From the NCBI GenBank assembly GCA_965209155.1, contig OZ242383.1, positions 864,001-928,000 on the forward strand: 64,000 nucleotides of DNA, read 5' to 3'. The position numbers and the translations under genes were made by a program. Each line of letters opens with the position of its first letter. The stretch's first letter is position 1. Source of the DNA: a bacterium (GTDB lineage Bacteria > SAR324 > NAC60-12). This document shows, one piece after another, positions 49,308 through 60,321 of this stretch. The notes under the pieces were generated by a model that saw only the letters and a list, made by a program, of their open reading frames with translations, searched no databases and was not told the DNA's origin.

Positions 49308-49712
49308 ATGTCTGATACAAATCAATCGCATTGGTTTTCGAAACATTCTCAAGCTAAAGTGGTGCTGACGGAAAAAGCCGCAGAAATATTCAAACAATCC
49401 TGTCTGGAAGAGGGAAAGGGGCTTGAGGAATCCTTTCTGCGAATTGACGCCAATCCAGGGGGTTGTTCCGGTTATCGCTATGAACTGGATTTCAATACCC
49501 TGGACGAAATTAAAGCAGAGGATGAAAAATTTGTATCCCATGGCGTCAATATCGTAGTGGATAAAACCTGTTTAACTGAGATACTGGGATCTGTAGAAAT
49601 CGATTATGCGGATGCCAACATGGTGGAGCAAGGATTCGTTTTCAAGCAGCTTATCAATGGACATCAATGTGGCTGCGGAGAATCTTTCACCGCCGTGAAA
49701 GACTTGCAATGA
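49308..49712 (+). CDS. A-type Fe-S carrier (IscA/ErpA/HesB family)
   Basis: GGCSG and CGCGESF. Confidence 0.92.
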   Translation: MSDTNQSHWFSKHSQAKVVLTEKAAEIFKQSCLEEGKGLEESFLRIDANPGGCSGYRYELDFNTLDEIKAEDEKFVSHGVNIVVDKTCLTEILGSVEIDYADANMVEQGFVFKQLINGHQCGCGESFTAVKDLQ

Positions 49713-50341
49713 TGCTCTTCCAGACTGTCGATTTTCTGGCGCAGGCCCTGTGTTTTGTCATTTGGGTTTACAAATGGATCACCATTATTGCGATCTTTCT
49801 CACTTGGGTGACACCGGATCCCCATAATCCCATCGTTTTTTGGGTGAACCGGGTGACCTACCCACTGTGGGCATGGTGCTATCAGCGTTTACCCGCATCG
49901 CTCCAACTCTTCAATGCCTATGTTGCCCTGTTGGTCGTCATATTCCTGCATGCCCTGATTCCGGCATCGGTGCAAACCCTCAATCTCTTTATGCGGCAAT
50001 TGATTACCTTGCAAACTGCCATTACTCAAATCGCTGGACATGCGATCCAGGGAATGGGAATTGTCACATTCAGTATCCTTTGGTTTGCTATCATCATATT
50101 GGGGATCTGGTTTATCCTGACCTTGGTCTCACCGTCTTTCAATAACCCGATTGTTCGTGTGGTGCATATGTTGGCTGATCCTCTCATCACTCCGATTCAA
50201 CGATATCTCCCCCGAACGCAGGTTGATCTTTCTCCCTTGATTGGCATTTTTATCTTGTTTCTCGTTTCTAACTACCTCGTCACTCCGGTTTACGTTCATG
50301 GCAGCATGCTTTCCGCTCCTGTGCGGATTTGCAATTATTGA
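49709..50341 (+). CDS. YggT family membrane protein (two YggT repeats)
   Basis: Two W...NPIV....T/A.P repeats, DLSPLI; ATGA overlap with the upstream gene. Confidence 0.85.
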   Translation: MMLFQTVDFLAQALCFVIWVYKWITIIAIFLTWVTPDPHNPIVFWVNRVTYPLWAWCYQRLPASLQLFNAYVALLVVIFLHALIPASVQTLNLFMRQLITLQTAITQIAGHAIQGMGIVTFSILWFAIIILGIWFILTLVSPSFNNPIVRVVHMLADPLITPIQRYLPRTQVDLSPLIGIFILFLVSNYLVTPVYVHGSMLSAPVRICNY

Positions 50342-50528
50342 AAACGGAGACCTCCTGAAAATCGCTGAAACCATTAATGAAAATTAAAACATTCCGAAAT
50401 GACTTTTTTTTAAATGGAAATGCGTCCAATCCTTGAAGACGTGAATTGTGATTGTACAACGGGTACGGAAAATGTATTTGTTAAGTAAAAATGATGACAT
50501 TGAAAAATATTCCAGACGAAAATTGACT

Positions 50529-52622
50529 ATGCCACTCAAACTTCTTAACGCTTTCGCATTTTGTATACTTGTTTTTAGTGGAACTTTTTTCATCGAAGCC
50601 AGGGAGCATGATGCGCCCTTGACGGGGCAAACCGTTGCCAGGATTACGCAACAATTTGCCGCGATTCATTACGCAAAAAAGCCGATTGATGACGAGATTT
50701 CCCGTAAAATGCTCAATACCTACCTCAGCCGGCTCGATCCGGGTCATTATTATTTTCGACAAACGGATATTGATGAATTCCTCGAATATGAATATCGTCT
50801 TGACGATCTCCTGGAACAAGGAGACATCGAACTGGCTTTGCATATCTTTAAGCGATTTAAAACTCGAATTGCTGAACACCTGGAATACATAGAGATACTG
50901 GTAAATGAAGAATTTGATTTCGATAAAGATGCGTCTCTGAAAATTGATCGCGACCAGGAGCCATATCCCGATAGTCTTGAAGCAGCGCAAAAACTCTGGA
51001 GACTCAAATTCAAATTTGACTTACTCACTCTGGTCATAGGTGGAGATCCCCAGGAAGAGGCCAAAAATCGTTTGTTGCAAAGGGCGCAGGCCAACTGGAA
51101 AAATTTTTCCCAATTCACGGATAACAACGTGCTGTCTTTATATCTCAATGCATTTACCAGTGGCTATGATCCCCATTCCTCCTACATGGAACCTCATGAC
51201 CAGAAAAATTTTGAAATCAACACCAGACTTTCTTTGGAAGGGATAGGCGCTGTTTTGCGCTGGGACAACGGATACACCGTGGTGAACTCCATTGTTCCTG
51301 GAGGAGCCGCATTTCGTGAAGGAAGCCTGCGGGTCAACGACCGGATTCTGGCGGTTGCGCAGGGAGATGACTCGTTTGAAAGCGTGGTGGACGTTCGCTT
51401 GAATGACGTGGTTCAATTGATTCGAGGAAAGCGTGGTACCAAAGTTCGTCTGCAAGTTTTGCGTAAGACGGAAAAAGGGGATTCCATCGTCACCATTGCT
51501 ATCATCCGCGAGAAAATCGTCTTGAAAGATGGAGAAGCAAAATCTTACCTGCTCACGCCTGATTCCCCCGAAAGCGAAAATTTCAGGGGACCGGAAGAAT
51601 ATACTATCGGCTTGATCCATTTACCTTCATTTTATACCGATTTTGAAGGACGGCGCAAGAATCAGGCGGATTATAAAAGCGCCACACGCGATGTGAAAAA
51701 AATTCTGGAACAATTCAACTCGGACAAAGTGGATGGTGTCGTGTTGGATTTGCGGAACAATGGTGGAGGCGGCCTGCTGGAAGCAGTCAATATGGTGGGG
51801 CTTTTTGTTGGAAAAAAACCTGCCGTTATGGTCCGAAACACCTTTGGTGAAAAAAATACCCGTAGAAGCCAGCAAAGCCAGGTATATCACGGTCCCCTGC
51901 TGATTTTACTCAATCACTACAGCGCGTCGGCATCAGAAATTTTAGCCGGAGCTTTGCAAGATTATGGGCGTGCCATTTTGATCGGAGATAAATCCACCTT
52001 TGGAAAAGGAACCGTACAGAACATTGCCAACCTTCCAGACAATTTCGGCGCATTGAAAATAACCATTGCGCAGTTCTACCGGGTTTCCGGAGGCTCTACT
52101 CAAAATATGGGAGTCGTGCCGGATATCGTCCTGCCTTCGATCAACAATCACATGGAAATTGGAGAATCGCATTTGGAAAACGCGCTTCCCTGGAAAAAAA
52201 TCAAATCACTTGATTATAAACAGGATCAGACAATTCAAAATTATTTACCTGCACTTATCGAGCTTTCTCAAAAAAGGATCAACGAACACCCGCTCTTTCA
52301 AGAGGTAGAGAAAGAAATTGATGAATATTTAAATCATGTCAAACCTAAAGAATACACGACCATCCTGGGGATCCAGGAAGAATTCAGGAAAGACGAGGCA
52401 CAAAGCGCAGAAGATAGAGTGGCAATGGAAAAAAGCATCATCAATGCGCAAGAAGAAAACCTCGATGGATCACAAGACAAGGTAAAGGATACCCCCACTC
52501 CCTCGGCTCTTGCGGACTTTGAATATTCCGGGAAAAACATCTACTTGGAAGAGAGTGTCTTTATCTTGGAGGACTTCATCCGCTACCTGGAAACCGGAGG
52601 TACAAAGTTGTCCCAAAATTAG
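50529..52622 (+). CDS. prc: Carboxy-terminal processing protease (Prc/Tsp)
   Basis: DPHSSY, GIGA PDZ, DLRNNGGG, SASASEI, TFGKGTVQ, STQ..GV.PDI. Confidence 0.94.
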   Translation: MPLKLLNAFAFCILVFSGTFFIEAREHDAPLTGQTVARITQQFAAIHYAKKPIDDEISRKMLNTYLSRLDPGHYYFRQTDIDEFLEYEYRLDDLLEQGDIELALHIFKRFKTRIAEHLEYIEILVNEEFDFDKDASLKIDRDQEPYPDSLEAAQKLWRLKFKFDLLTLVIGGDPQEEAKNRLLQRAQANWKNFSQFTDNNVLSLYLNAFTSGYDPHSSYMEPHDQKNFEINTRLSLEGIGAVLRWDNGYTVVNSIVPGGAAFREGSLRVNDRILAVAQGDDSFESVVDVRLNDVVQLIRGKRGTKVRLQVLRKTEKGDSIVTIAIIREKIVLKDGEAKSYLLTPDSPESENFRGPEEYTIGLIHLPSFYTDFEGRRKNQADYKSATRDVKKILEQFNSDKVDGVVLDLRNNGGGGLLEAVNMVGLFVGKKPAVMVRNTFGEKNTRRSQQSQVYHGPLLILLNHYSASASEILAGALQDYGRAILIGDKSTFGKGTVQNIANLPDNFGALKITIAQFYRVSGGSTQNMGVVPDIVLPSINNHMEIGESHLENALPWKKIKSLDYKQDQTIQNYLPALIELSQKRINEHPLFQEVEKEIDEYLNHVKPKEYTTILGIQEEFRKDEAQSAEDRVAMEKSIINAQEENLDGSQDKVKDTPTPSALADFEYSGKNIYLEESVFILEDFIRYLETGGTKLSQN

Positions 52623-52635
52623 AAATTGTCCGGAA

Positions 52636-54264
52636 TCAGAAAGCCTTGGTTTTTTTCAGAAAAGTGGCGCAAATCGAAGGCAGGTCACTTGTAGTGGTTT
52701 GCAGGTAGGAAAAGACGAGGTCTCGCAATGTCTGCTGAGTTTTTAAAACTTTTTGGGATGCGTGAATCAAAGCTTCTCCTCGCATGCCACCCCCTCCATT
52801 CCAGTGATAGTTGGTCAACCACACCTGGAACAATTCAGAAGATGGCATCGTCTCTTCATCCTGCATGAGTTTCAACGCAAGGGGCTCTTGGTCATTTTGC
52901 AATTCTGCTTGAAACCCACCTGGTAAGAGCAAAGCGCTGGAGCGAAATTTTTTATCTTCTAACATGCGTTGATAAGATTTCAACAAAATACGTATTTGCT
53001 TTCCAAACAAACCGGCTTGCACCAGGAAATTATCATAAGGGAGCCAGCGAAACAAATGCAACCTTTTCAGCGGATTTCGTAGTTCTCGGGAAGACACCTC
53101 ATGCCATTTCCAGCGTGGTAGAAGGGAAAGCATGGAATTACGGGAATCGACCGTAAGTACTTGATGGGACAAAGCAGCTCCACATTCGTAAAACACATCG
53201 CGGTCCGGTTTCGCAATTAGTTCAACTGCAGTCGGAGTTTCCAGATACCGACGAACCAGCTCCATATCTTGGGAAACCAGTTTCTGAAGCTTCTCTGAAA
53301 AAGTTGAGGATGCCTGAATGAATTCAAATTCCCTTCCCTTCGTCTGCCATTTCCCCTGGTCTTTTTCGAGAAAAAACTTGATCACGCTCACTCCCTCACC
53401 CCATGAACCGGGACTGACCACGGGAACCCTGAAGTTTCGTAAATCATCAGTACGACGTTTGGGATAAATACGATGGGAATGGCCGGAAATAATCAAGTCC
53501 ATCCCCTCCTGGTAGTCGGCCACTAAACCGGCAGCATTGGCCAGGGGAACTCCTTCATTCAAAGAGGCCCATTGATCGTATCCCGCATTGTGTCCACTAT
53601 GGAACAATCCGATCACCAAATCCACCTCTTTTTTTTCCTTGAGGACAGGAAGCCATTTTTGGGTTGCCTCGAACATATCTTGAAACTCGAGGTTTTCCAG
53701 GTGGGCATCATCGACCCACATTGGCGTCCCAGGAGTAATCAACCCCAATATTCCAACTCGCACCCCTTGTCGTTCCAGTATATGATATGGAGGGAGGAAG
53801 GGGACCCCATCTTTATTAAGTAAATTGGCTGCTAACCAGGGAAAATGAGAACGACGCCGATTTTTCTCTAAGACTGCCAGGGGAGGCTCTAAATCGTGGT
53901 TGCCCAAAACCATCGCATCGTAGCGCAGCCGGTTCATCAACTTGATGATGGGCAAGGGTCGATCGCTGAGAGTGTTGTAATTGAAATAAAAATTGGCAGG
54001 ACTTCCTTGCAAGGTATCTCCTGCGTCCAGCAAAATCAACTGGGGGTGTTCCTCTCGCAACTTCTCTATAATGGGACCCACATGCAAAATACCACGCGGT
54101 TTTTTATGCGGAAACATTGAGTTGGTGGACAACCATCCATGCAAATCCGAAGTTGCGGCAATCACAATGGTTGTTCGGGATCCAGGGACATCCGCGAGAC
54201 TGGGATATGACCCTGATATTGCGATGCTGATGACGAATATCCACTTGCCGATTGCTCTTACCAT
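52636..54264 (-). CDS. Bifunctional metallophosphatase / 5'-nucleotidase family (CpdB-like)
   Basis: SDLHG, DAGD, GNHD, GHSH; signal peptide. Confidence 0.85.
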   Translation of the reverse strand: MVRAIGKWIFVISIAISGSYPSLADVPGSRTTIVIAATSDLHGWLSTNSMFPHKKPRGILHVGPIIEKLREEHPQLILLDAGDTLQGSPANFYFNYNTLSDRPLPIIKLMNRLRYDAMVLGNHDLEPPLAVLEKNRRRSHFPWLAANLLNKDGVPFLPPYHILERQGVRVGILGLITPGTPMWVDDAHLENLEFQDMFEATQKWLPVLKEKKEVDLVIGLFHSGHNAGYDQWASLNEGVPLANAAGLVADYQEGMDLIISGHSHRIYPKRRTDDLRNFRVPVVSPGSWGEGVSVIKFFLEKDQGKWQTKGREFEFIQASSTFSEKLQKLVSQDMELVRRYLETPTAVELIAKPDRDVFYECGAALSHQVLTVDSRNSMLSLLPRWKWHEVSSRELRNPLKRLHLFRWLPYDNFLVQAGLFGKQIRILLKSYQRMLEDKKFRSSALLLPGGFQAELQNDQEPLALKLMQDEETMPSSELFQVWLTNYHWNGGGGMRGEALIHASQKVLKTQQTLRDLVFSYLQTTTSDLPSICATFLKKTKAF

Positions 54265-54316
54265 CGCGATTGATTTTGGATACGGAGGAAGCACGAGGGT
54301 CTTGAAAAGAAGCAAA

Positions 54317-55099
54317 TTAAAAGAGGATGTATCCTCCATCGATCACAAATTCATCTCCAGTATGATAAGCACTGGCATCGCTCATGATATAGACAGCGAT
54401 GGCCCCAAAATCCTCGGGTTTTCCCCAACGGCGTTGAGGGACGCGTGGTAAAACTTTGCGAGTGAAGGATTCGCTGTGAATGATATTATCGGTCATGGCA
54501 GTTTCAATCCAACCCGGCAAGACCGAATGGGCGGTCACGCCATATCGCGCTAATTCAACGGCAAGACCTCGCATCATGGAAATCATCCCTCCTTTGGTCG
54601 CCGCGTAGTGTTCACTTCGAGGTGCTCCACTGATCGCCGCCAGGCTGGCAGTTCCAATCAGACGACCACCGGGGTCCCCATTGTTTGCACGTTCCACCAT
54701 ATGTCGGGACGAAGCGCGTAAGCAATAAAAAGCGCCAAATAAATTCACTTTGAATATCCGTTCCCACTGCTCACCGGTCATCTCTGGGAAAACGGGGCCC
54801 CCACCCCCTATTCCCGCATTGGCGAAACAACCATCGACCCTTCCGAATTCTTGCAGTAATTCAGCGAAGCAGGATTCCACTTCAGCTTCATTCTCGACGC
54901 TACACTTCATGGCAGCAACTTTACTTCCATAGGATTGGAGCTTTTCCAAGGCCTCCCTGTTTTTGGTTTGATTGGTTCCCCAAATACAAACATTCGCTCC
55001 AGCCTGCACCAAAGCTTCCGCAAATCCAAAACCGATGCCACCATTTCCTCCGGTGATGAGAGCCACTTTTCCACTTAAGTCGAATGGTTCGTACGCCAT
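54317..55099 (-). CDS. Short-chain dehydrogenase/reductase
   Basis: TGGNGGIG, NAG, YAATK, PGWIET. Confidence 0.93.
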   Translation of the reverse strand: MAYEPFDLSGKVALITGGNGGIGFGFAEALVQAGANVCIWGTNQTKNREALEKLQSYGSKVAAMKCSVENEAEVESCFAELLQEFGRVDGCFANAGIGGGGPVFPEMTGEQWERIFKVNLFGAFYCLRASSRHMVERANNGDPGGRLIGTASLAAISGAPRSEHYAATKGGMISMMRGLAVELARYGVTAHSVLPGWIETAMTDNIIHSESFTRKVLPRVPQRRWGKPEDFGAIAVYIMSDASAYHTGDEFVIDGGYILF

Positions 55100-55121
55100 A
55101 TTCTTCTCCTTGTTCTACTGT

Positions 55122-56597
55122 TTATAATGATTGAATTTTTTCTTTCCGTAAAGAAGTGCGCCTTGTTTTTCCAGCATCGTCCCGCAGGGGCTTGTTGACG
55201 AATTCGAAACTGCGCGGAATTTTATAACGAACCAGTCGTTGCGCGAGATGTGCCAACAATGAGTCCTGATCGATTCCACCAGGAGCATCCACAATGGCAT
55301 GAACGCTTTGTCCCAGATCTTCATCTGGCACGCCAACCACTGCGCTGGAACGAACGCCTGGAAAGGAATCGATCGCCCCTTCCACTTCGGCAGGATAGAT
55401 ATTGGCGCCTCCGGAAATAATCAAGTCTTTCCTACGATCGCAAAGATACAGATATCCCTCGTTGTCCATGTATCCCAGGTCACCAAGGGACTCCCAACCT
55501 CCTGCGATCGCCCTGGCTTCTGCGCCAATATAGTGATAGCTGCTGCCTTGACCTTTGGCAGGTAGAAAAAAGATTTCTCCGATTTCACCTGCTGGTAATT
55601 CTTGGCCATTTTCATCAAAGATTTTGATTTGACCCTCCGTGACCAGTTTTCCCACTGACCCTTTGCGCGCTAACCATTCCTCGCTAGTGATCCAGGTGAC
55701 TCCCAGCCCTTCCGTGCCAGCATATAATTCATAGACTCGATTCCCCAACCATTCGATCCACTTTTCCTTGAGCCAAACCGGACAAGGCGCTGCTAAATGA
55801 AGCATGACGCGCAGGGAAGAGAGATCATAACGATTACGGGTTTCCTCGGCAAGACGCCAGATCCGGTGCATCATCGTAGGAACCATCATCACCCATGCGA
55901 TCTTGTACTTTTCAATGAGAGCCAAGGTCTCTTCGGCATCAAATCGACTCATCGACACGACGTAACAACCCCGGAACAGTGCCATCATCGAGTAGGTAAA
56001 AGGTCCATTGTGGTATAAAGGACCGGGGACCAGGTGGTTTTCTTCAGATGACAGTGAGCAGTAATAACAAGGTTGTTGCTCCAGGTCGACCTCCCCCGGG
56101 TCTTCTGAAACAATCAGCTTGGGTCGTCCGGTGCTTCCTCCGGAAGTGAGCGCTTTCCAGTAGCGGGCGACTGCATCGGGCAACGGTTCATCCGAAAGTT
56201 GTGGGTCTGCTTGAAACCCGGCAGGTAATATTTGACGGTCATGGAATGACCCCAACCCAACTCCAACGATCAAAGATGGGTTTGCCAATTCTACGACGGC
56301 ACTTAACTCTATTTCGGGAAGACGGTAGGAAACAGGTTGAGGGATTGCGCCGAGCTTCCAGATCGCAACGCAAGCTTCGTAAAATTCAATACTGTTGGGC
56401 AGCGCCACGGTGACGAAATCGTTTCGTTTGACTCCCTTCAGTTGGTAAGCCCGTGCCAGGCGGTTCGTACGAAGATCCATTTCCCTGCGAGTCACAGTTT
56501 TCCCTTCATGGGTGATAGATGGCCAATCCGGATGTTCTGCCGCATGTTGGGAAATGATTCGACTGATGGACATCAGTGCCATAAGAGTGCTTTTCAA
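55122..56597 (-). CDS. Acyl-CoA ligase (AMP-binding, BaiB-like); start may be 56573
   Basis: SGGSTGRPK, YAGTE, GDLG, IISGGANIYPAEVE, AGK. Confidence 0.9.
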   Translation of the reverse strand: MKSTLMALMSISRIISQHAAEHPDWPSITHEGKTVTRREMDLRTNRLARAYQLKGVKRNDFVTVALPNSIEFYEACVAIWKLGAIPQPVSYRLPEIELSAVVELANPSLIVGVGLGSFHDRQILPAGFQADPQLSDEPLPDAVARYWKALTSGGSTGRPKLIVSEDPGEVDLEQQPCYYCSLSSEENHLVPGPLYHNGPFTYSMMALFRGCYVVSMSRFDAEETLALIEKYKIAWVMMVPTMMHRIWRLAEETRNRYDLSSLRVMLHLAAPCPVWLKEKWIEWLGNRVYELYAGTEGLGVTWITSEEWLARKGSVGKLVTEGQIKIFDENGQELPAGEIGEIFFLPAKGQGSSYHYIGAEARAIAGGWESLGDLGYMDNEGYLYLCDRRKDLIISGGANIYPAEVEGAIDSFPGVRSSAVVGVPDEDLGQSVHAIVDAPGGIDQDSLLAHLAQRLVRYKIPRSFEFVNKPLRDDAGKTRRTSLRKEKIQSL

Positions 56598-56844
56598 CCG
56601 AAATGAACTGTTAAAAACTCCTGAACAAGCATTGTCACTATTAATTTCAGATCTATAACATGTTGGGAATATCGATGATAAATCAAGACAATTTCGTGTT
56701 TTGAAGTGAAATATACCATTAATAGGGCTTGTACATGCAAAGCAAGCAGGGTATGTTACATGTATATATTACAATACTTCTTCATTCTTCCCTGGGAAAA
56801 ATGGTAAAGAGCTCAGGGCAGGCAGCTTTATTCTGGAGCGCTGT

Positions 56845-58119
56845 TTGGTAGATCAGGACAACGTGGTTCAATCGAACCGAGTCTTATTGATCGCGGTTCA
56901 ACTTCCTTCCCAATCGGAGCACGAAACGCTTCATTCCATGGACGAACTCGCTTCCCTGGCATCTACTGCTGGTTATCGAATTGTTGCTCGTGTCATTCAA
57001 ATTCGTCCACAGATTCATCCGGCAACCTTTGTGGGGAAAGGAAAAATTTCGCAAATCAAGCAAACGCTCCACTGTTCCCGTGTCGATTTGATCATCATCG
57101 ATGGTCCTTTGACTGCTAAGCAAGGAAAAAACCTGGAAGCTGCCACCAAATGCCTGGTGTGGGACCGCACCCAATTGATCTTGGAGATTTTTGCCCAAAA
57201 TGCCAAAACCCATGAAGCCAAACGACAAATAGAATTGGCGCAACTGCAATATAATTTACCCCGACTGGTCGGCCTTTGGGTACACCTGGACCGGGAACGA
57301 GGGGGGATTGGCGCCTCTCGAGGTATGGGTGAAAAGCAAATTGAAACGGACCGTCGCGTAATTCGCACCAGGATCGCGCATTTGAAAGAAGAACTGAAAC
57401 ATGTAGCCAATGAACGGAAAATACAGAAAAAACGCCGCCGAAATTGTTTACGAGTCAGTCTGATCGGATACACCAATGCCGGGAAATCTTCCATCATGAA
57501 CGCCTTAACTGAGTCGGAATTGCTGGTAAAAGATAAATTATTTGCCACTTTGGAATCAACCACGCGCATACTGGACGAGAAAAATCGTCCCAAAATCTTG
57601 CTTTCGGATACGGTGGGGTTCATTAAGAATTTGCCTCACGAATTAGTGGCCTCGTTCCGTTCCACTCTGGAAATCATCCGTGATGCGGATTTGCTGTTGC
57701 ATGTCGTCGACGTCAATGTCATAGATTATGCAGAGCATATCCACACAGCTTTGCAAGTCTTGGACGACCTCCAAGCCAACTGCATCCCTCACTTACTGGT
57801 TTTCAATAAAATTGACCAGGTCGAATCTGCCACACGATTACCAATTTTGAAGAAAAAATACCCGGAAGCTTTGTTTGTCTCCGCAATCAATGGAAGTATG
57901 GTGGAACTACGAGAAGGGATTGTCCGCTTTTTTGAAAAGAAAATGGAGACGGTGGAGGTACTCCTCGATTATCAAAGCTTGCGCAATCTAGCCTATATTT
58001 ACGAATGGAGCCGGGTGGATGCAATTGATTACAAAGACGACGGCATCCATCTCAGGCTGACTTCTTCTTCTGGTAATCTGGATCGTCTCCGGCACCAACT
58101 GGGGACCGCTTTCTTTTAG
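56845..58119 (+). CDS. hflx: Ribosome-associated GTPase HflX
   Basis: ELAQLQY.LPRL, GEKQIETDRR, GYTNAGKS, DTVGF, NKID. Confidence 0.95.
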   Translation: MVDQDNVVQSNRVLLIAVQLPSQSEHETLHSMDELASLASTAGYRIVARVIQIRPQIHPATFVGKGKISQIKQTLHCSRVDLIIIDGPLTAKQGKNLEAATKCLVWDRTQLILEIFAQNAKTHEAKRQIELAQLQYNLPRLVGLWVHLDRERGGIGASRGMGEKQIETDRRVIRTRIAHLKEELKHVANERKIQKKRRRNCLRVSLIGYTNAGKSSIMNALTESELLVKDKLFATLESTTRILDEKNRPKILLSDTVGFIKNLPHELVASFRSTLEIIRDADLLLHVVDVNVIDYAEHIHTALQVLDDLQANCIPHLLVFNKIDQVESATRLPILKKKYPEALFVSAINGSMVELREGIVRFFEKKMETVEVLLDYQSLRNLAYIYEWSRVDAIDYKDDGIHLRLTSSSGNLDRLRHQLGTAFF

Positions 58120-58127
58120 GAAAAGCT

Positions 58128-58952
58128 ATGAATTCACACTGCATCGGACTCGTTCAGATGAACTCGGGCGGTGATGTCCGGCAAAACTTAAAGTTTGCTC
58201 ACGAACAAATTCAAAAAGCCGCTCAGCAAACCCTCAGTTTGCTCGCCTTTCCGGAAGTCTTCCTGTACCTGGGAAATTCGTCACAGGAAAAATTTAAAAT
58301 GGCCCAAACGCTGGAGGGAGAGATTGTACAAAGTTTCCAGCACCATGCGGCATGTTATGGAATCTCCGTACTGATCGGAAGTATCTATGAAACGGTGCCG
58401 GATTTCCCGGAACACCTTTACAATACTTCCATATTGTTGGATCGTGCAGGAGAAATCCGGGGGATCTATCGTAAAATCCATCTCTTCGATGTCGATGCTC
58501 CAACGTTGCAAAGCTTGGAATCCAGGTATATCAAACCGGGATTGGATGCCGTCGTTGTTGACCATGAAATCGGAAAGATTGGTTTGAGCATCTGTTATGA
58601 TCTTCGCTTTCCAGGGTTATATCAGCATTTGAGAGACAAAGGAGCGGAAGTAATTTTTGTTCCTTCTGCTTTTTTCTTGCAGACAGGGATAAATCATTGG
58701 TTCCCTCTATTGCAAGCCCGGGCCATCGAAAATCAAGTCTATATTGCAGCCCCTGCGCAATGGGGACGGCATCCTGGTAATCGTCTCTCCTTCGGAAACA
58801 GCGTCTTGATCGATCCCTGGGGCACGATCATCTCCTGCGCTTCTGAACGCGTGGAGACCATTGTCGGGAAAATAGACATCGATTACCTTCATAAAATCCG
58901 ACAGCGCATGCCGGTTGTGGAACATCGGCGCTCAAAATTTTACCCTTCGTGA
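58128..58952 (+). CDS. Carbon-nitrogen hydrolase (Nit1/deaminated-glutathione amidase-like)
   Basis: FPE, YRKIHLFD, ICYDLRFP, RAIENQ catalytic E-K-C. Confidence 0.9.
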   Translation: MNSHCIGLVQMNSGGDVRQNLKFAHEQIQKAAQQTLSLLAFPEVFLYLGNSSQEKFKMAQTLEGEIVQSFQHHAACYGISVLIGSIYETVPDFPEHLYNTSILLDRAGEIRGIYRKIHLFDVDAPTLQSLESRYIKPGLDAVVVDHEIGKIGLSICYDLRFPGLYQHLRDKGAEVIFVPSAFFLQTGINHWFPLLQARAIENQVYIAAPAQWGRHPGNRLSFGNSVLIDPWGTIISCASERVETIVGKIDIDYLHKIRQRMPVVEHRRSKFYPS

Positions 58953-59019
58953 CAACACATGGCAGCCGACTTTTGCCGTTTCAGGTAATAATTCATTTTT
59001 AGTTTAGGGAACCTCTCAA

Positions 59020-60321
59020 GTGGATCAGTTTGTTGTAGAAGGCGGCAATCCGATTGCAGGTGAAATCACGCCATCCGGCAATAAAAATGAAGCGCTGCCT
59101 GTACTCGCCGCAGTTATTTTAACAAGGGAACCTATGATCCTACGCAATGTTCCCGATATCCTGGACATTCAAAGCATGTTGGAATTGTTGCAAAGCCTCG
59201 GTGTTCAAATCATGCGTTTGGATTTCCATACTTTACGATTGCAGGCGCAGAACATTACCTCGGACTCACCATACTTCCACCAGGCCTCATTGATCAGAGG
59301 ATCATTTTTACTGGCAGGTCCCATGCTTGCCCGCTATGGATCGATTCACCTTGCCGGACCAGGCGGCGATACGATCGGCATCCGTCCGGTCAATACGCAC
59401 TTACAAGCTTTGAAAGATTTGGGAACCGAAATCGAATTGGGAAAAGGGGGTCATTACAAAATGTTCACCAAGGGACTGAAAGGTGCCCAAATTTATATGG
59501 ATGAAGCCAGTGTGACGGGTACTGAGAATTCAATCATGGCTGCCGTTACGGCAACCGGTAATACGACTGTCTATAATGCGGCCTGTGAACCACACGTGCA
59601 GGGTCTCTGTCACTGTTTGAATGACATGGGAGCCAAAATTCATGGAATTGGAAGCAATACGCTTTTCATTGAAGGAGTGTCTGAATTGTACGGATGCGAT
59701 TATACCATCCAACCCGACCATATCGAAGTGGGCTCCTTTATCGGATTGACCGTGATGACCCGGGGGGAATTGTTGATTCGACAAGCAGGGATTCCCCATA
59801 TCCGTATGATCCGTATGATGTTTGAAAAACTGGGGGTGGAAATGGAAATTCAGGGAGACGATCTGTGGGTCCCCCGACAGTTTGATTTGCGGATTCGTTC
59901 CGATCCCTTTGAAGGTATTCCCAAGATCGACGATGCGCCATGGCCTGGATTCCCTTCCGATTTACTGAGCATAATGATTGTGGTTGCCACTCAATGCTCA
60001 GGCACCGTTTTGATATTTGAAAAAATGTTCGAAAGCCGGTTGTTTTGGGTCGACAAACTGATCAATATGGGTGCAAAAATCATTTTATGTGACCCGCACC
60101 GGATCATAGTCACCGGACCGTCTTCTTTAATGGGAGCACCCGCAAGCGCCCCTTTGTTTTCCCCGGATATTCGTGCCGGAATGTCACTCTTAATTGCCGC
60201 CTTGGGTGCCAAAGGAAATAGCGTAATTCAAAATATTCATCAGATTGATCGAGGATACGAAAAAATCGATCAACGACTGAATAAGCTCGGAGCCCGAATT
60301 CAACGAGTTCAGCAAACATGA
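59020..60321 (+). CDS. murA: UDP-N-acetylglucosamine 1-carboxyvinyltransferase (Asp-type active site)
   Basis: SGNKN, PGGDTIG.RP, SVTGTEN, FESR, DIRAG, IDRGYE. Confidence 0.95.
   Translation: MDQFVVEGGNPIAGEITPSGNKNEALPVLAAVILTREPMILRNVPDILDIQSMLELLQSLGVQIMRLDFHTLRLQAQNITSDSPYFHQASLIRGSFLLAGPMLARYGSIHLAGPGGDTIGIRPVNTHLQALKDLGTEIELGKGGHYKMFTKGLKGAQIYMDEASVTGTENSIMAAVTATGNTTVYNAACEPHVQGLCHCLNDMGAKIHGIGSNTLFIEGVSELYGCDYTIQPDHIEVGSFIGLTVMTRGELLIRQAGIPHIRMIRMMFEKLGVEMEIQGDDLWVPRQFDLRIRSDPFEGIPKIDDAPWPGFPSDLLSIMIVVATQCSGTVLIFEKMFESRLFWVDKLINMGAKIILCDPHRIIVTGPSSLMGAPASAPLFSPDIRAGMSLLIAALGAKGNSVIQNIHQIDRGYEKIDQRLNKLGARIQRVQQT

Noticed and set aside
57015..57623. 202-aa antisense ORF
   Set aside because: Shadow of hflX
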